Source of the DNA: Takakia lepidozioides
Lineage: Eukaryota; Plantae; Bryophyta
Length of the DNA: 64,000 nucleotides
NCBI GenBank assembly: GCA_030704615.1
Contig: CM060731.1
Span: 91,884,001-91,948,000 of the forward strand
Direction: 5' to 3'
Numbering within the stretch: the stretch's first letter is position 1; each line of letters starts with the position of its first letter. The notes below the pieces were generated by a model. It saw nothing but the letters and a program-made list of their open reading frames with translations. It did no database searches and was not told the DNA's origin. The translations under genes and the position numbers were made by a program. Below are positions 39,810 to 51,077 of this stretch, piece by piece.

Positions 39810-40228
39810 GAAGCTTCTACTTGATGGAGCAGTGGCTGGAGCCACGGCAGGTGTAGTTGTGGAGACAGCCCTGTACCCGATTGACACCATAAAGACCCGC
39901 CTTCAGGCAGCGCGGTGTGGTGGGGGGATAGTGTTCAAGGGCCTATACTCAGGTCTTTCCGGCAATCTTGCTGGTGTTTTGCCGGCATTGGAGTGTACGA
40001 ACCCTTAAAGCGCAAGCTGCTGGAGATCTTCCCAGATCACCTCAGCTCTGTTGCATATCTGACAACGGGAGCTGCAGGAGGTGCAGTAGCATCGCTGGTT
40101 TGGGTGCCCACTGAGGTAGTGAAGCAAAGGATGCAAAAGGGCAGTTTGCCTCAGCCTCTGGAGCAGTGCGAGGAATTGTGGCCAAGGAAGGTTTGCGGGG
40201 TCTCTACGCAGGATTTGGATCATTTCTG
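39810..40228 (+). pseudogene. SAMC1: Captured intronless fragment of an S-adenosylmethionine carrier (mitochondrial carrier family, SAMC-like)
   Basis: AGATAGVVVETALYPIDTIKTRLQAAR.GGGIVFKGLYSGLSGNLAGVLPA...GVYEPLKRKLLEIFPDHLSSVAYLTTGAAGG..ASLVWVPTEVVKQRMQ, with two Px(D/E)xx(K/R)x(R/K) carrier signatures. Internally deleted and 3'-truncated. Confidence 0.85.
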
Positions 40229-41317
40229 AATGGCAATCAGCTTGATGGAAGCAGATCTTGGATTGCCTTCTATCTCAACCGGAGTCTGCCCTACTAGGTA
40301 CTTACAACAGTCCCGGCGCACGTTCACCGTCAGATTACCGCAATGCAAGTCAATAGTCAATACGGATTAAGGAAATTCCATGTGGCATGGAGGTCAAGAC
40401 ACATTGAGTTACTGGGTTGCAAGACACATTGCCGCCACTTGAAACCAGTGGGGCATTCTGCGGTCAGAGACTGCCGGTCGATTGGCGAAAGTGTAGGTGA
40501 ACCCGTGTACGTCTACGGTGTCTTTTCTCTGTTGTCGCCACCTTGAAAAATCAGCGCGCTTGTTCCACAAACACAGAGCGCATGTTACAATCAACAGCAA
40601 ACGCAGGAACCTGCAGCTCATCGACATAGACAAACGCATCAGTGCCAAGGGCTTCCTCCCGTAACTAGAATGGGCCGGGACCCGCAAGCTCCAGCACAAA
40701 GTCCAGTGCTTCCCGCTGGTAATCCTCCTCAGTGAGTTTATCGTTAGCCACCAAGGCCTCGAACAGACTGTGAGTGACCCCTCGCCTGTACATGGCGTCC
40801 GTAAAACATGTTTCTTTCCTTCCCCTCTCTTGGTGCGCAGCCTGCAAGCAATCATGGAATCCACTTCTTTCACAACAAGACACTACTGAGTGCCACAATT
40901 CTCTCTCTCTCTCTCTCTCGGTATGCAGAAGACTGGAGCAAGGTGCGAAATATAGGGCACGTGGCCAGGGAACCTAGGATGCCATATAGAACTTAGGGAA
41001 CCGGGAACCAGTTACCAGACATTTGGGTGTAACTTTGAATTTTTAAAACTTGAAAACCTTTAAAAAAAAAAACCCCTTTTTAATCTAATTTGAATGAGTT
41101 GGAGCCAAATTCATCATATCTTTGTCAAATGGACTCTGTTTGACCCAGTTTTTGGGGGGATAGCTGCAGAAAGGGGAAATCTACCTATCTAAACCTGGTT
41201 TCTGTTTGGGGACTCTGCTAAAAATCTATGGAATTTTTAGAGTGTGAGTGTGCCATGAAAGATCCACAATCCTGTCTCTAGAACCTGTGCTGGTCTATAT
41301 GAGAGACAAATTGGTGG

Positions 41318-42079
41318 ATGTACTCCATGCATGGCTGGGGAAATGAGGACGTAATTGAAGGGCAGGTCTCTTCTCTTAGTCTGTGCACACAAGGGGACAC
41401 GATTTATGTTTCCCAAGGAACTCAGACTGATTTGAGTGGAGAACAGTTGGACGAGTTGATTGCATACTGGGAGTCAGGCATTAGCAGTAGACCACAGACT
41501 GCTGTAGTTGGCATTGAGGGCCTCAATATCGCCTTGGACAGTCAGAACTCTGTTGGAGCCAGCAGTTCTGCAGCTGTAGGTGAAATACCAAAGTGGGTGA
41601 AAGCTAGGCTTGGAACACAGCCAAAGACAGCTCCGGGGACCAAGGTGTTCAGCCACAAGGCCGTGGTGTACTGGAGCAGAGGAGCAGGAGCTGCACAAGT
41701 TTGTGCAATTAGACAGTGTTGCAGTCGGACACGCTCTGCACAAGGCAACCACGAGCGGGGGTTCATTAGCGAGGACAAGTTTGTTCTGTTTGAAGGCGAT
41801 GCAGTCATTCGCAATGAAGACACCCGCAATCGTCTCAAAGCTTTCGAGTTGAGAGACTATCAGACCCTACCTTTGTTTTCTTTAGTGTTCAGTGAGCGGG
41901 AGATAGGGGAGTACTGCTTTGTCTCTACCTGGCAGAAATAGGAGGAGGGTTGGTTAGAGCGAGCTACTGTAGCTTGGGACAAGGTTAGTGGCAGGTTTCT
42001 GGACATAGATATACCTCCTACACCTTACCATCAAGCAGAGCGAGGCACTTTGAGAGAAGTCTGGAAGTTGATAGCATAG
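41318..42079 (+). CDS. Orphan ORF upstream of gag (207 aa, about 250 aa if the TAG at 41939-41941 is a lesion)
   Basis: Long ATG-initiated ORF with protein-like composition. The frame stays open for about 45 codons after the stop. No motif recognised. Confidence 0.4.
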
Positions 42080-42596
42080 ATCAGGATTAGATCTTGCTTG
42101 GGCGGGCTTCTATTCTTCCCCTCCATCTCTGTACTATTTTCATTACCTTGTACTTGTAGTTGCCAAAGCCTCTCTTGGTGGAGGCCAGTCAGTCCGGGGT
42201 TTTGGGCTGGGGATATTCTGCAGGATCAACATTGCAGCTGGATTTTGGTGTGGGGGTGTTGATGTTTTGATTTCTTGTGTTTGGATCCCCCCAACACCTG
42301 CATGCTTGACTGTGCGCCATGTTGGTTTTGTGTGGGCGCTTGCTTTCATAGGGATTAGGCCGGATTTGATCACCGGTCAATCCTAGAGTATGCTGTGGTG
42401 GTGAGGCTGGAGTGATGACCAGCAAGACCACCAGTGTTTCTTCTATGGTGAGGCTGGGTTGATGACCAGTCAACCATAGGAGTTCTTGCGGTGGATGCAG
42501 GTGCAGGTGCCCTGAGCCATTGGGATATGACCCTTAGACTGCAACAGGTGCCCACCCGTGTCACTATTAGATTAGTACTAGAGCCTATAGTGTCAC

Positions 42597-45200
42597 GTGG
42601 AGGAGGTGCACATTGTGAGTGTCATTACGGAGTTACCCAAGGGTTTTGAGGGGAGTACGGCTACAAGCAGTGACAGTGAGAGTGGGGTCACAAGACGAGG
42701 TATTCGGTTCAGACCACCTTCACCGCCACCCTCAACTACTGTAGCGTCAGACACAGACTCGGAGGCTTCATCAACAGGTGTGCACTTTCATTCGCCATTG
42801 TTGTGGGACGACATGGAGGTGATGTATGGAGCTACCAAGGGGCCTCGTAGGTACTCTGGAGCTGTGGGCACAATCGAGTTGGATGACTTTATCCAGGAGT
42901 TCGACAGCTGGTGTGATTTGCAGCAGATGCGCAATCCACAGCTATTCACCCCATTCATGGCGTGGAAGGGACTGTTCCAGCATTTGGAAGGCCCGCCTAT
43001 GGACGATTACCACGAGTTCAGGCGAGGACATGAAGCAGAGATTGAGGAGTGGAGGATGTATTGGTCACCTGACTACGTCTCCATTACTCGAGGCACGACG
43101 CGACCAGTAGCGCATCAGTACCCAATAGCTTCCACTGCCAGGCACTAGTAGTGGAGCAAGTAGTGCTGGTACTTCTGCAGGTGGTACCAGTTCAAAAGGT
43201 GCTACTACTCCTCCTGCCACGACAACACATGTGCCTAGATTCAACCCGGTGGTGGAGTTCTTCCAGGAGTTGCGGAGGAACTACCAAGGTGTACGGACAG
43301 AGAAGCTGCGAAGTTTGCAAGACTTCCAGCGCAAACCCAGTGAGCCTGCGAGAGGCGTACACTCGTATGAGGCGCTTGATAAGTGTGACCCAAGGGGTTA
43401 CTGAAGCTCAGGCAATCCAGTTTTGGTATGGAATTCTGGACAAGGAGCTCAAGAGAAGGGTGCGAGATGCAACCCTGTTACAAGCAGCCCAACCCACATT
43501 AGCAGATGTGTTTTTCTGCTGGCTGAGCGGATTGAGCTCAACATGGTGGAGGAGCGAGTTGTTACAATTGGATTTGGCAAGGACATGCCTGTACGGGGCA
43601 CAGCTGTCAGCCCACAGGCACAAGGGACTGCCCAACAGCGTGGTCAGGGGGGCAAGGTTGCCCAGCCCAAGTTCCATGGAGCTTACAGGGGACCTCAGGT
43701 GCAGAGGCCCGTGGCATCTTTTGCAGGCCAACAGCAACCAGGGGTGATATGTTGGACATGTGGAGGACCCCATGTCAAGAGATTGCCCAGAGAGTGGCAG
43801 AAGGCCGGCAAGCACAGCCTGCACAGTTGCAGTGTGGGCATTGTGGCAAGTATGGGCATGGAGATGCCCAGTGTTATGACTTGCATCCTGAGTTGCGCCC
43901 AGGCCAGTTCCAAGGGAACAATGGTGGCCGGGGCGAGGTGGACCAGCCCAAAGAGGACGAGGTGGTCGGGCACGAGGTGCAGGCCAAGGGCAAGCTCCAC
44001 ATGGCCAAGGACGCGGAGGTCAGGGTGTTGACCAAGGCATGGCCAATCGGCTTCAGCAGCTAGAGCAGAGGCTCGCTGCCATGGCTATAGCTCAGGCGGT
44101 ACCGGCTCCCAGGCGGGATGGTCCACCTCCTGCTCCTGAGGGAGGAGATATGGGAGGCATGGGATTCATGTGCGGAGCAGCACTACCACTAGAGCAGGTG
44201 GAGTCTGCTGCAGCCGTGACTCGAGGAGCAGCGAGTTCCTGAGCCACGAGGTGCAGAGGTGGAGTTGGATCCACAACGTGGGGAGGCAAGCCGTCAGGCA
44301 AGGCTGCCTCAGTCATTCACCTTGGCGGAGACAGTGTCAACGCCATCCATGCCTAGTTCTCGCCCGACTGTTACCGAGGCGGAGGTTACTATGCCATTGG
44401 GGAGAGCTACACGTGCAGCACTGACACCTACTACCCAAGGCTAGTGCAGCCGGTGTGTTATTGGGGGCAGCCACCTCTGTGTGTCAAGCCCCACTGTTCT
44501 CGGCAACCATGATTGCGACGCCGGGGTGAGACCAGCTGCAGTGTTCAGACTAGCAGCAACACTCTGTGAGAGTGGGGAGGTCACTTCATCTTCTGCGGAG
44601 TTAGTGGAAGGTGTAGTGGCAGAGGGATCCTCGGATTTGAGGGTCAAGACTGCCACGGCTGCGCCCTGGCAAGCTGCAGCTGCCAGGTTGACGGAGCTGC
44701 CAGCTAGGCCAGCCTTTGAGCGCGCCATGGTGACACCTGGAGTTGTCTTGTTAGACAACCAGGGAGGCATTTTCACTTTGAGTGGACCGGCAGGCAAGAA
44801 GTACCGGCCACTGCGGGTCTTGTTGGACTCAGGAGCTCAGCCACTGATGTTGGGCAGAGCTGCTATTGCAGGTTTGGGCCTCATGGAGGCGGATATGGAG
44901 CCTTGTCCTTTCCAGATACAGACATCTCTGGGAGGATCAGAGCAGGCTCGGGCATGACACGGCATCAGTTGGCTATTAGACTGCAGCCGGATCATCCTGT
45001 AGATGGCTCAGTGATGCGAGCCAAGGCCATTGTGACAGACGCGGTCTCTTACGATGTCCTCGTTGGTGGGGCAGTGTTATACCCCATGGGCTTCACCCTG
45101 GATTTTGGGAGGAGTCAGCATCCTACAGCCTGGATGGCAGTCAGGGGATGGTCGCCGTGCACAGCTCCCTGTGACATTCATTGGGGGTATTGCGCTGCCC
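42597..45200 (+). pseudogene. gag (two Zn knuckles) and aspartic protease of the MTase-bearing Gypsy, frameshifted
   Basis: CWTCGGPHVK.DC and CGHCGKYGHGDAQC knuckles; protease RVLLDSGAQPLML...YDVLVGG. Confidence 0.85.
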
Positions 45201-45519
45201 AGCGGGGCAAGATGCCAACACTAGCCGCCTTCACAGCTGCAGTTAGTTGGCCTGGAGAGTTGCTGGAAGGCAATGCCCATGCAGAGGATGTGCCACCTCC
45301 AGCAGAGCAGGATGACATGCATGGTATGGCGGAGTTGCCTGCCATGGTTGCTCACACTCCATTGTGGGGTACGAGCAAGGATTTGCAGCAGCTGCTGATG
45401 ACGGGTGCAACAAGCTTGGGTAGAAGCTTTTGTACCGTCAGGAGAGGAGGAGAGTGCGGTGATTGCACCAGGGCCACCTCAGTTGTCGCCATTGGACACC
45501 ACACCTCTTGTGTGGCAGG

Positions 45520-46752
45520 CCCGGATGAAGGCATTGCCTTCTGGACTGTTTGGCGGGATCAGCACCGGATTGGCTGCTGTGCTACAGGCAGGTGTACGGT
45601 TCGACGTTACCTGTATGTGGAGAGGGATGAGACTGCACGACGCGTCTCACTGCGCCATGTTGCTCAGTTGGTACAGCAGTACCCTGAGTTGTTGCCGTGT
45701 CTGCAGTTCGTGGATACAACAAGCCTTGCCAGCAGACATTTCGTTGCTGGGGGCGCAGGATTTGGAGCGGGTTGGCTCCATTGATCTGGTAGTGGCAGGT
45801 TGGCCCTGCCAAGGGCATTCATCAGCCGGGCATGGCAATGGATTGCGAGACTCGAGGACGGGTCTGTTTTGGGAGATGGTGCGGATTTTGCGCCACTTGC
45901 AGCTTCATCAAGCTGTATCTCCAGCATACATCTTGGAGAATGTGCCACTGATGGGTGATTCTCGGGGCCAGGGTGATGGCCAGTGTGCATCAAGTCCGGT
46001 CGTGGCTTGGGTCAGCAGTGTTGCTGGATGCAGCTGCAGTGGGGTCACGGGCTCATCGTCCACGACTATGGTGGACTAACTTGATGCCACCCGCACTGCT
46101 CAAGCGTGCATTTGATGGGGTGCAGCGGCCAGCACACCTCACCGTGGATGGCATTTTGGACACAGGAAGGCAGTCTCAACGTGTGAGACACGATGACCGT
46201 TCGCCTTTGGCAGTGGTCAACAGGGTGGGTCAACCACGAGCAGCATTACCTACACTGCTCAGCTTCCCAGGATCCCATGCTTTTCGGGATGGTGGACCTG
46301 GCCTCCTGTGGGATGCTCAGTTGCAGCAGTTAGTGGAGCCTAATGCCGACGAGCGAGAGCGGGCTATGGGGTTTTCCACTGGGACCACGGCGGTGCCTTC
46401 TCTTTCTGAGGCATCACGTCGTCAGGTGTTGGGGCAAGCAATGGATCTCAATTGCTTGACCTGGATTGTCAGCTTGGCTATGGCTGAGCAACGTAGAGTG
46501 CGGAGTGCACTTCCCTTGACGGTCTCTCTGCCTACCGAGACGGTACAGGCAGCGAGTGGGGGCGAGCCGGTGAGGACCACGAGGTGTAGACATCCATGGC
46601 ACACGTGGGAGGTGCTCGAGGTTCAGAGGGAGTTGGCAGCGAAGGCAGCTGTGATGGATGAGGAGGTTCTCAATGATGAGATGATGGGGCAGGATGAGGC
46701 CTTGTCATTGACTGAGCAGGAAGGGGGTACTGCTCAAGAGGTTGCAGCATAG
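45520..46752 (+). CDS. C5 cytosine DNA methyltransferase domain (DNMT3/Dcm-like) embedded in the polyprotein
   Basis: Motifs in canonical order: I LFGGISTG, II YLYVERD, IV IDLVVAGWPCQGHS, VI YILENV, VIII HRPRLWWTNL, IX ERERAMGF, X RQVLGQAMD. The same motifs recur in the second copy at about 52820-53740. Confidence 0.93.
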
Positions 46753-49700
46753 CAACCACGGGACGCGTCCTCTACCTCTAAGCCCACTGGACTTAAGGTT
46801 GCAGTTACGGAGGACAATTGGGAGCCTGACATTGGACCCATTGTCACCGGAGGAGAGAGACGACGTATACGGCGGTTCCTGAGGGCTTACAGGAATTGCT
46901 TTGCCTTCAGTTTGAAGGACTTGGGAGCACTGAAGGGTCAAGAGATCCGTATTGAGTTGGCCACTGACACGCCAATCTTTCGGAGACCCTATAGATACAG
47001 TGACATGGAGAGGTCTTTGATTCAGATGAGGACTCAAGATCTCTGGGAGGCAGGTTTGGTGGAGCTCTCTGGTGGAGAGTATGCTTCAGCCACAGTGATG
47101 CCAGCTAAGAAGGATGTCTATGGCAATTGGACGGAGAGACGTATGTGCGGTGATTACCGGCCTGTAAATCGTCAGACCAAGTCCGATAGGTATGCCATGC
47201 CAACACCAGAGGAGATCTTTGATGCCATTGGGCATTCCAAGGTCTTTAGCACGTTGGATTTACGATCCGGATATCACCAGTTGCCGATCAAGGAGGCGGA
47301 TAAGCAAAAGACGGCATTCTGGGGGATCAATGAGCACGGGAAGGATTGCCTATACCAGTGGCGGTTCTTACCATTTGGGCTTAAAAACGCCCCGCTGAGT
47401 TTCAAAGAGTCATGGACAGGATTCTAGCAGGGGTGGAGTTTGCTCGGTGCTACATATGACATCATCATCTTTAGTGCTACGGTGGAGGAGCATGAGAGAC
47501 ACCTTCAGGGGGTATTTGAGCGCTTGAGGACGCACGGATTGAAGTTACATCCGGGAAAGTGCAAGTTTTTCCACAACCAGATTGAGTATCTGGGTCACAT
47601 GATATATCCTGGAGGATTGGGGGTACAGCAGACTAAGGTAGAGTCCATTGCACAGGTTCCACGCCCCACGGATGTGAGCCGAGTTCGAGCTTTCATGGGG
47701 TTAGCAAACTATTACAGACGGTTTGTTAAGGGATTTAGTGCCATTGCAAAGGCTCTAACCAAGCTGACCAAGGTGGACCAGGAGTGGCAGTGGGAAGATG
47801 AGCAAGAACAAGCTTTTCAAGAGCTCAAGGCGAGGTTGACCTCGGCGCCCATCTTGAGACGACCTATCAGGGGGCGTCCTTTTCAGCTGCATACAGATTG
47901 GAGCATGCTGGGGCTTGGAGCGGTGCTCACACAGGTGGATGATGAGGGAAGAGAGTTCGTAGTGGCTTATGCTAGCCGCTCGAACAATGCTGCAGAGTCT
48001 AAGTATAGCTCATATGAGGAGAATGCTTAGCTGCAGTGTGGGCCGTGGCACACTTCAGGTGCTATCTATACGGCAATCTCTTCACCCTTGTCACGGATCA
48101 CCAACCACTCAAGTGGTTGATGGAGTCAGACAAGCTTACGGGGAAGCTTGCACGGTGGGCACTCATCCTTCAAGAGTATGACTTTCAGGTGGTGCATCGA
48201 CCGGGTTTGGTCAATCGAAAATGCAGATGGGTTGAGTCGCAATCCATGCACGAGCCAGCAGGATGACACTGGAGCTCGGTGGCATGGTGAGACGGACGAG
48301 GAGATGGTGCCCGGATGGCATGCATCTGCATTTCTGTGTATCTTGGCAGCGGAAGGCCAGGTTGGACCTACAACAGGGATGACTGTAGATCAAGTGTCTG
48401 AGGACCCTGAGGCCAGCAATGAGCAAGGTGGCGCCAAAGATATACATGAGGATTCAGTTGTGTTGGACTACCTCCGCACTGGAGACACGGCAGCCACTGT
48501 GACTGCCAAGGAGAGGGATCGGATCCTACAACGAGCCAAGAGGTTCAGTGGGAGGGGACACACCTGCTCCGAGTGTGGGAGGATGGTCGAGTGAGGATTG
48601 TGCCTCACCCAACACAGCGGGCACGGTTAGTGCGGCATGCCCATGAGGAGTTGGGGCATTTTGGGGTGCGACGCACTCATAGTCTACTGCAGGGGCAGTA
48701 TTGGTGGCGTGGTATGCACACAGAGGTGCAACAATTTGTGGCTAGGTGCATGGTGTGTGACAGGTGCGTGCTTCTTCATTCAACGCCCCTACTCCACAAT
48801 TGCACCCTCTTCCGATCATGGGATTGGGCTACAGGTGGAGTCTTGACTTCGCAGGGCCGTTGCCACTGACCATGCGCCACAACAAGTACGTGTTGGTGAT
48901 GGTGGAGCACTTCTCCAAGTGGATTGAATTGGTTCCATTGCCTGATAAGGCTAGTGAGGGAGGCTGCGTATGCATTCTGGATTGTGTGCTTAGCCGATTC
49001 GGTGCTCCAGCTGAGGTACTCACGGACCAAGGGAGAGAGTTCTTGGGGGAGTTTCAGGCTTTGTGTGACAAGGCCTTGATAGACCACCGCACCACTTCTC
49101 GGGATCATCCTGAGCCGATGGCTTGGCAGAGAGAGTTGTTCAGACAGTAAAGAGGGGTTTGCGCAAGTATGGCTTGCAGAAGGGACACCTAGGAGATTGG
49201 GACCTTCAGTTACCCTGGTTAGCCATGGGCTACAGGTTCAGCAAGCAAGCATCACTTGCCTCCTTCTCACCATACTTTCTTCTCTTTGGCCGAGAGCCGG
49301 ATTTGCCTACATCCATTCGCAGAGAAGCTGCTACAGTTCTTAACCTTGACGATCCGGACGTGTGGGCACGTGCATGTGAGCAGCGTGCAGAGTTGTTCAA
49401 GAGAGTCATGCCCATGGCTTTCGAGAACCTTGCCATTGCACAACACCGTGATACGTTGAGGTATGCTACCATACGTGGTGGGGGCTATCGTCCTGGGGTT
49501 CGGAGATTCAACCCTGGTGACTATGTCTATCTGCAGCAGACTGCTCCTACGACCCTGGATGTGACTGCAGGACGTGTTATTTTGAGGGTTCGAGAGGTCT
49601 TGCCCTCAGGCGTCTTGGTCTTGGAGGGTCGGGATGGCATAACTTGGAAGGACCATGTGCGTAATTGTGCGCCATGTCACCTTCCGAATGTCGATGGCAG

Positions 49701-49884
49701 GATTGACCCAAACCTGGCAGTGGTATCTGCAGGTTTGAGGTGCATGTTGTGTGGGTCTGCTAAAGGGGCAGCCACCATGCTGGTGTGTGATCGATGCTCT
49801 AGAGGTTGGCATATGGGATGCTTGACTCCACCTCTTGAGATGGTTCCGGATGGGGATTGGTTATGTCCACATTGCATTGGATAG
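46753..49884 (+). CDS. RT - RNase H - integrase - PHD finger (frameshifted in this assembly)
   Basis: RT FSTLDLRSGYHQ, LPFGLKNAP, YIDD (intact in the second copy); RH LHTDWS..GLGAVL; IN H-x4-H...CMVC, WSLDFAGP, LTDQGREF, AERVVQTVK; PHD CMLC...MLVCDRCSRGWHMGCLTPPLEMVPDGDWLCPHC. Confidence 0.93.
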
Positions 49885-50128
49885 TGGGAGTGGATACAAC
49901 CATGGAAGGCTAACAAGAAACGCAAGGCCCAGCTACTAGGAGACCTTGAACACACGAGATCTTGGCTCAAGTTCACAGATTGCAAGACGGCGACTAACGA
50001 TGGGGCTACTCTTGTACCCGGCCTCTTGGTCTATAGAGTTTGAGTACATAGGGACAGTGATAGAGGACTTAGTACGGCTGTGGCTATTACATCTTGTAGC
50101 TATCTGGAGGTAGAGGGACCTATCCACC

Positions 50129-50142
50129 AGCTAGGGGGGCGA
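50129..50142 (+). promoter_or_regulatory. Polypurine tract AGCTAGGGGGGCGA
   Basis: Abuts repeat B1 and is conserved in the minus-strand copy at 38371-38384. Confidence 0.75.
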
Positions 50143-50665
50143 TTGTGGCAGACTACTTTATTGTGCATATATGTGTGGTGTGGTTTGGACAGCGATGTAG
50201 TTGTGTAGCGATATGTATGCGCACGACAGCTGTCAAGTTAAATAAGCACAGTGTGAAAACAGCTAGAATAAAACTAGTTATTTGTATTTAACACTTGGAT
50301 TTAGGTCAAGTGTTAAATCAGGTGTCAAGTTTAGTTTGACACCTGGTCCGTCTTATCTTCACGAGAGCGGCAGTCGCGCGCTCATCTCTCTCGAGTTGAG
50401 CCTGCGCGACCGAGCTCCTGCATCTTTAGATCTGAGTGTGCTTATGATGGGAGTGTAGGTTGTTGTGGGGTGGAGTCCCCATAGCTTGGGGTGCCCCTGG
50501 CTCGACTATTTTTAAAGAGTGATGTTGAGGGATTTCATATTTCTTGTGTTGAGAGTGTGTGTCCTTTCTAGTTTTTATCATTGTGCAGACTACTTTATTG
50601 TGCATATATGTGTGGTGTGGTTTGGACAGCGATGTAGTTGTGTAGCGATATGTATGCGCACGACA
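50143..50665 (+). repeat. 3' terminal repeats B1 (50143-50228), GC spacer, A2 (50231-50580), B2 (50581-50665)
   Basis: B1 and B2 are near-identical 85-86 bp direct repeats, A2 matches A1, and the B1/A2 junction is the palindrome GACAGCTGTC. Confidence 0.93.
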
Positions 50666-51077
50666 ATCGAGTTTGATTTTTATTTTATTTTTTTCTTTTT
50701 CACTCTGACTGTTCGCGGCCTTCCGTGGCTCCAACCGCCACGACTCCGCACGCCCGCCCTAGGCGCTCGTTGGCCACGGGCTGCCCCGTGATACCCCATG
50801 GTACCCCACACCCCGAGCCTTCACGACCCGCCATCCCCACGATCTGGTCACCGTGCCCACCCGTGGTGTCCGCACCACGGCTTTCCACGGTCACGGTCAA
50901 CGGTCACGGTCAACAGTTACGGCCTGAGCTCGTGGTATCTCGTGATACCACCCCCACGGCCCATCACGGCCACTGTTCCCTACGTTCCCAAGAACTCCAC
51001 ACGAGTTTCTATGCGTTTCCGATCGCTCCCCGGGACGTTCCCACGTTCCCGAGCTCTCCCCCCGAGCTGGGTTTGCT

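Larger units (their letters stand above)
38564..50665 (+). mobile_element. Complete Ty3/Gypsy-type retrotransposon with C5 DNA methyltransferase, PHD finger and permuted (split) LTRs
   Basis: Ends TGTC...GACA with a 4-bp TSD ATCG at 38560-38563 and 50666-50669. The joined flanks (ctcttgatctATCGagtttga) restore a copy of the family's own 3'UTR (cf. ctcttggtctatagagtttga at about 50023-50043). Confidence 0.92.

Noticed and set aside
49885-50043. Possible chromodomain or readthrough extension after the PHD
   Set aside because: The frame is open for about 50 codons but shows no chromodomain motif and no CARYYA context.
38564-50665. Classification as a DIRS/PAT/Ngaro element because of split direct repeats and a methyltransferase
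   Set aside because: It encodes an aspartic protease and a DDE integrase, has TG...CA ends and a 4-bp TSD, no tyrosine-recombinase motif was seen, and its MTase is C5-type.
50677-51077. GC-rich CACGG-repeat segment next to a T-rich tract, as a SINE or ORF
   Set aside because: No pol III boxes, TSD or recognisable protein. Left unassigned.
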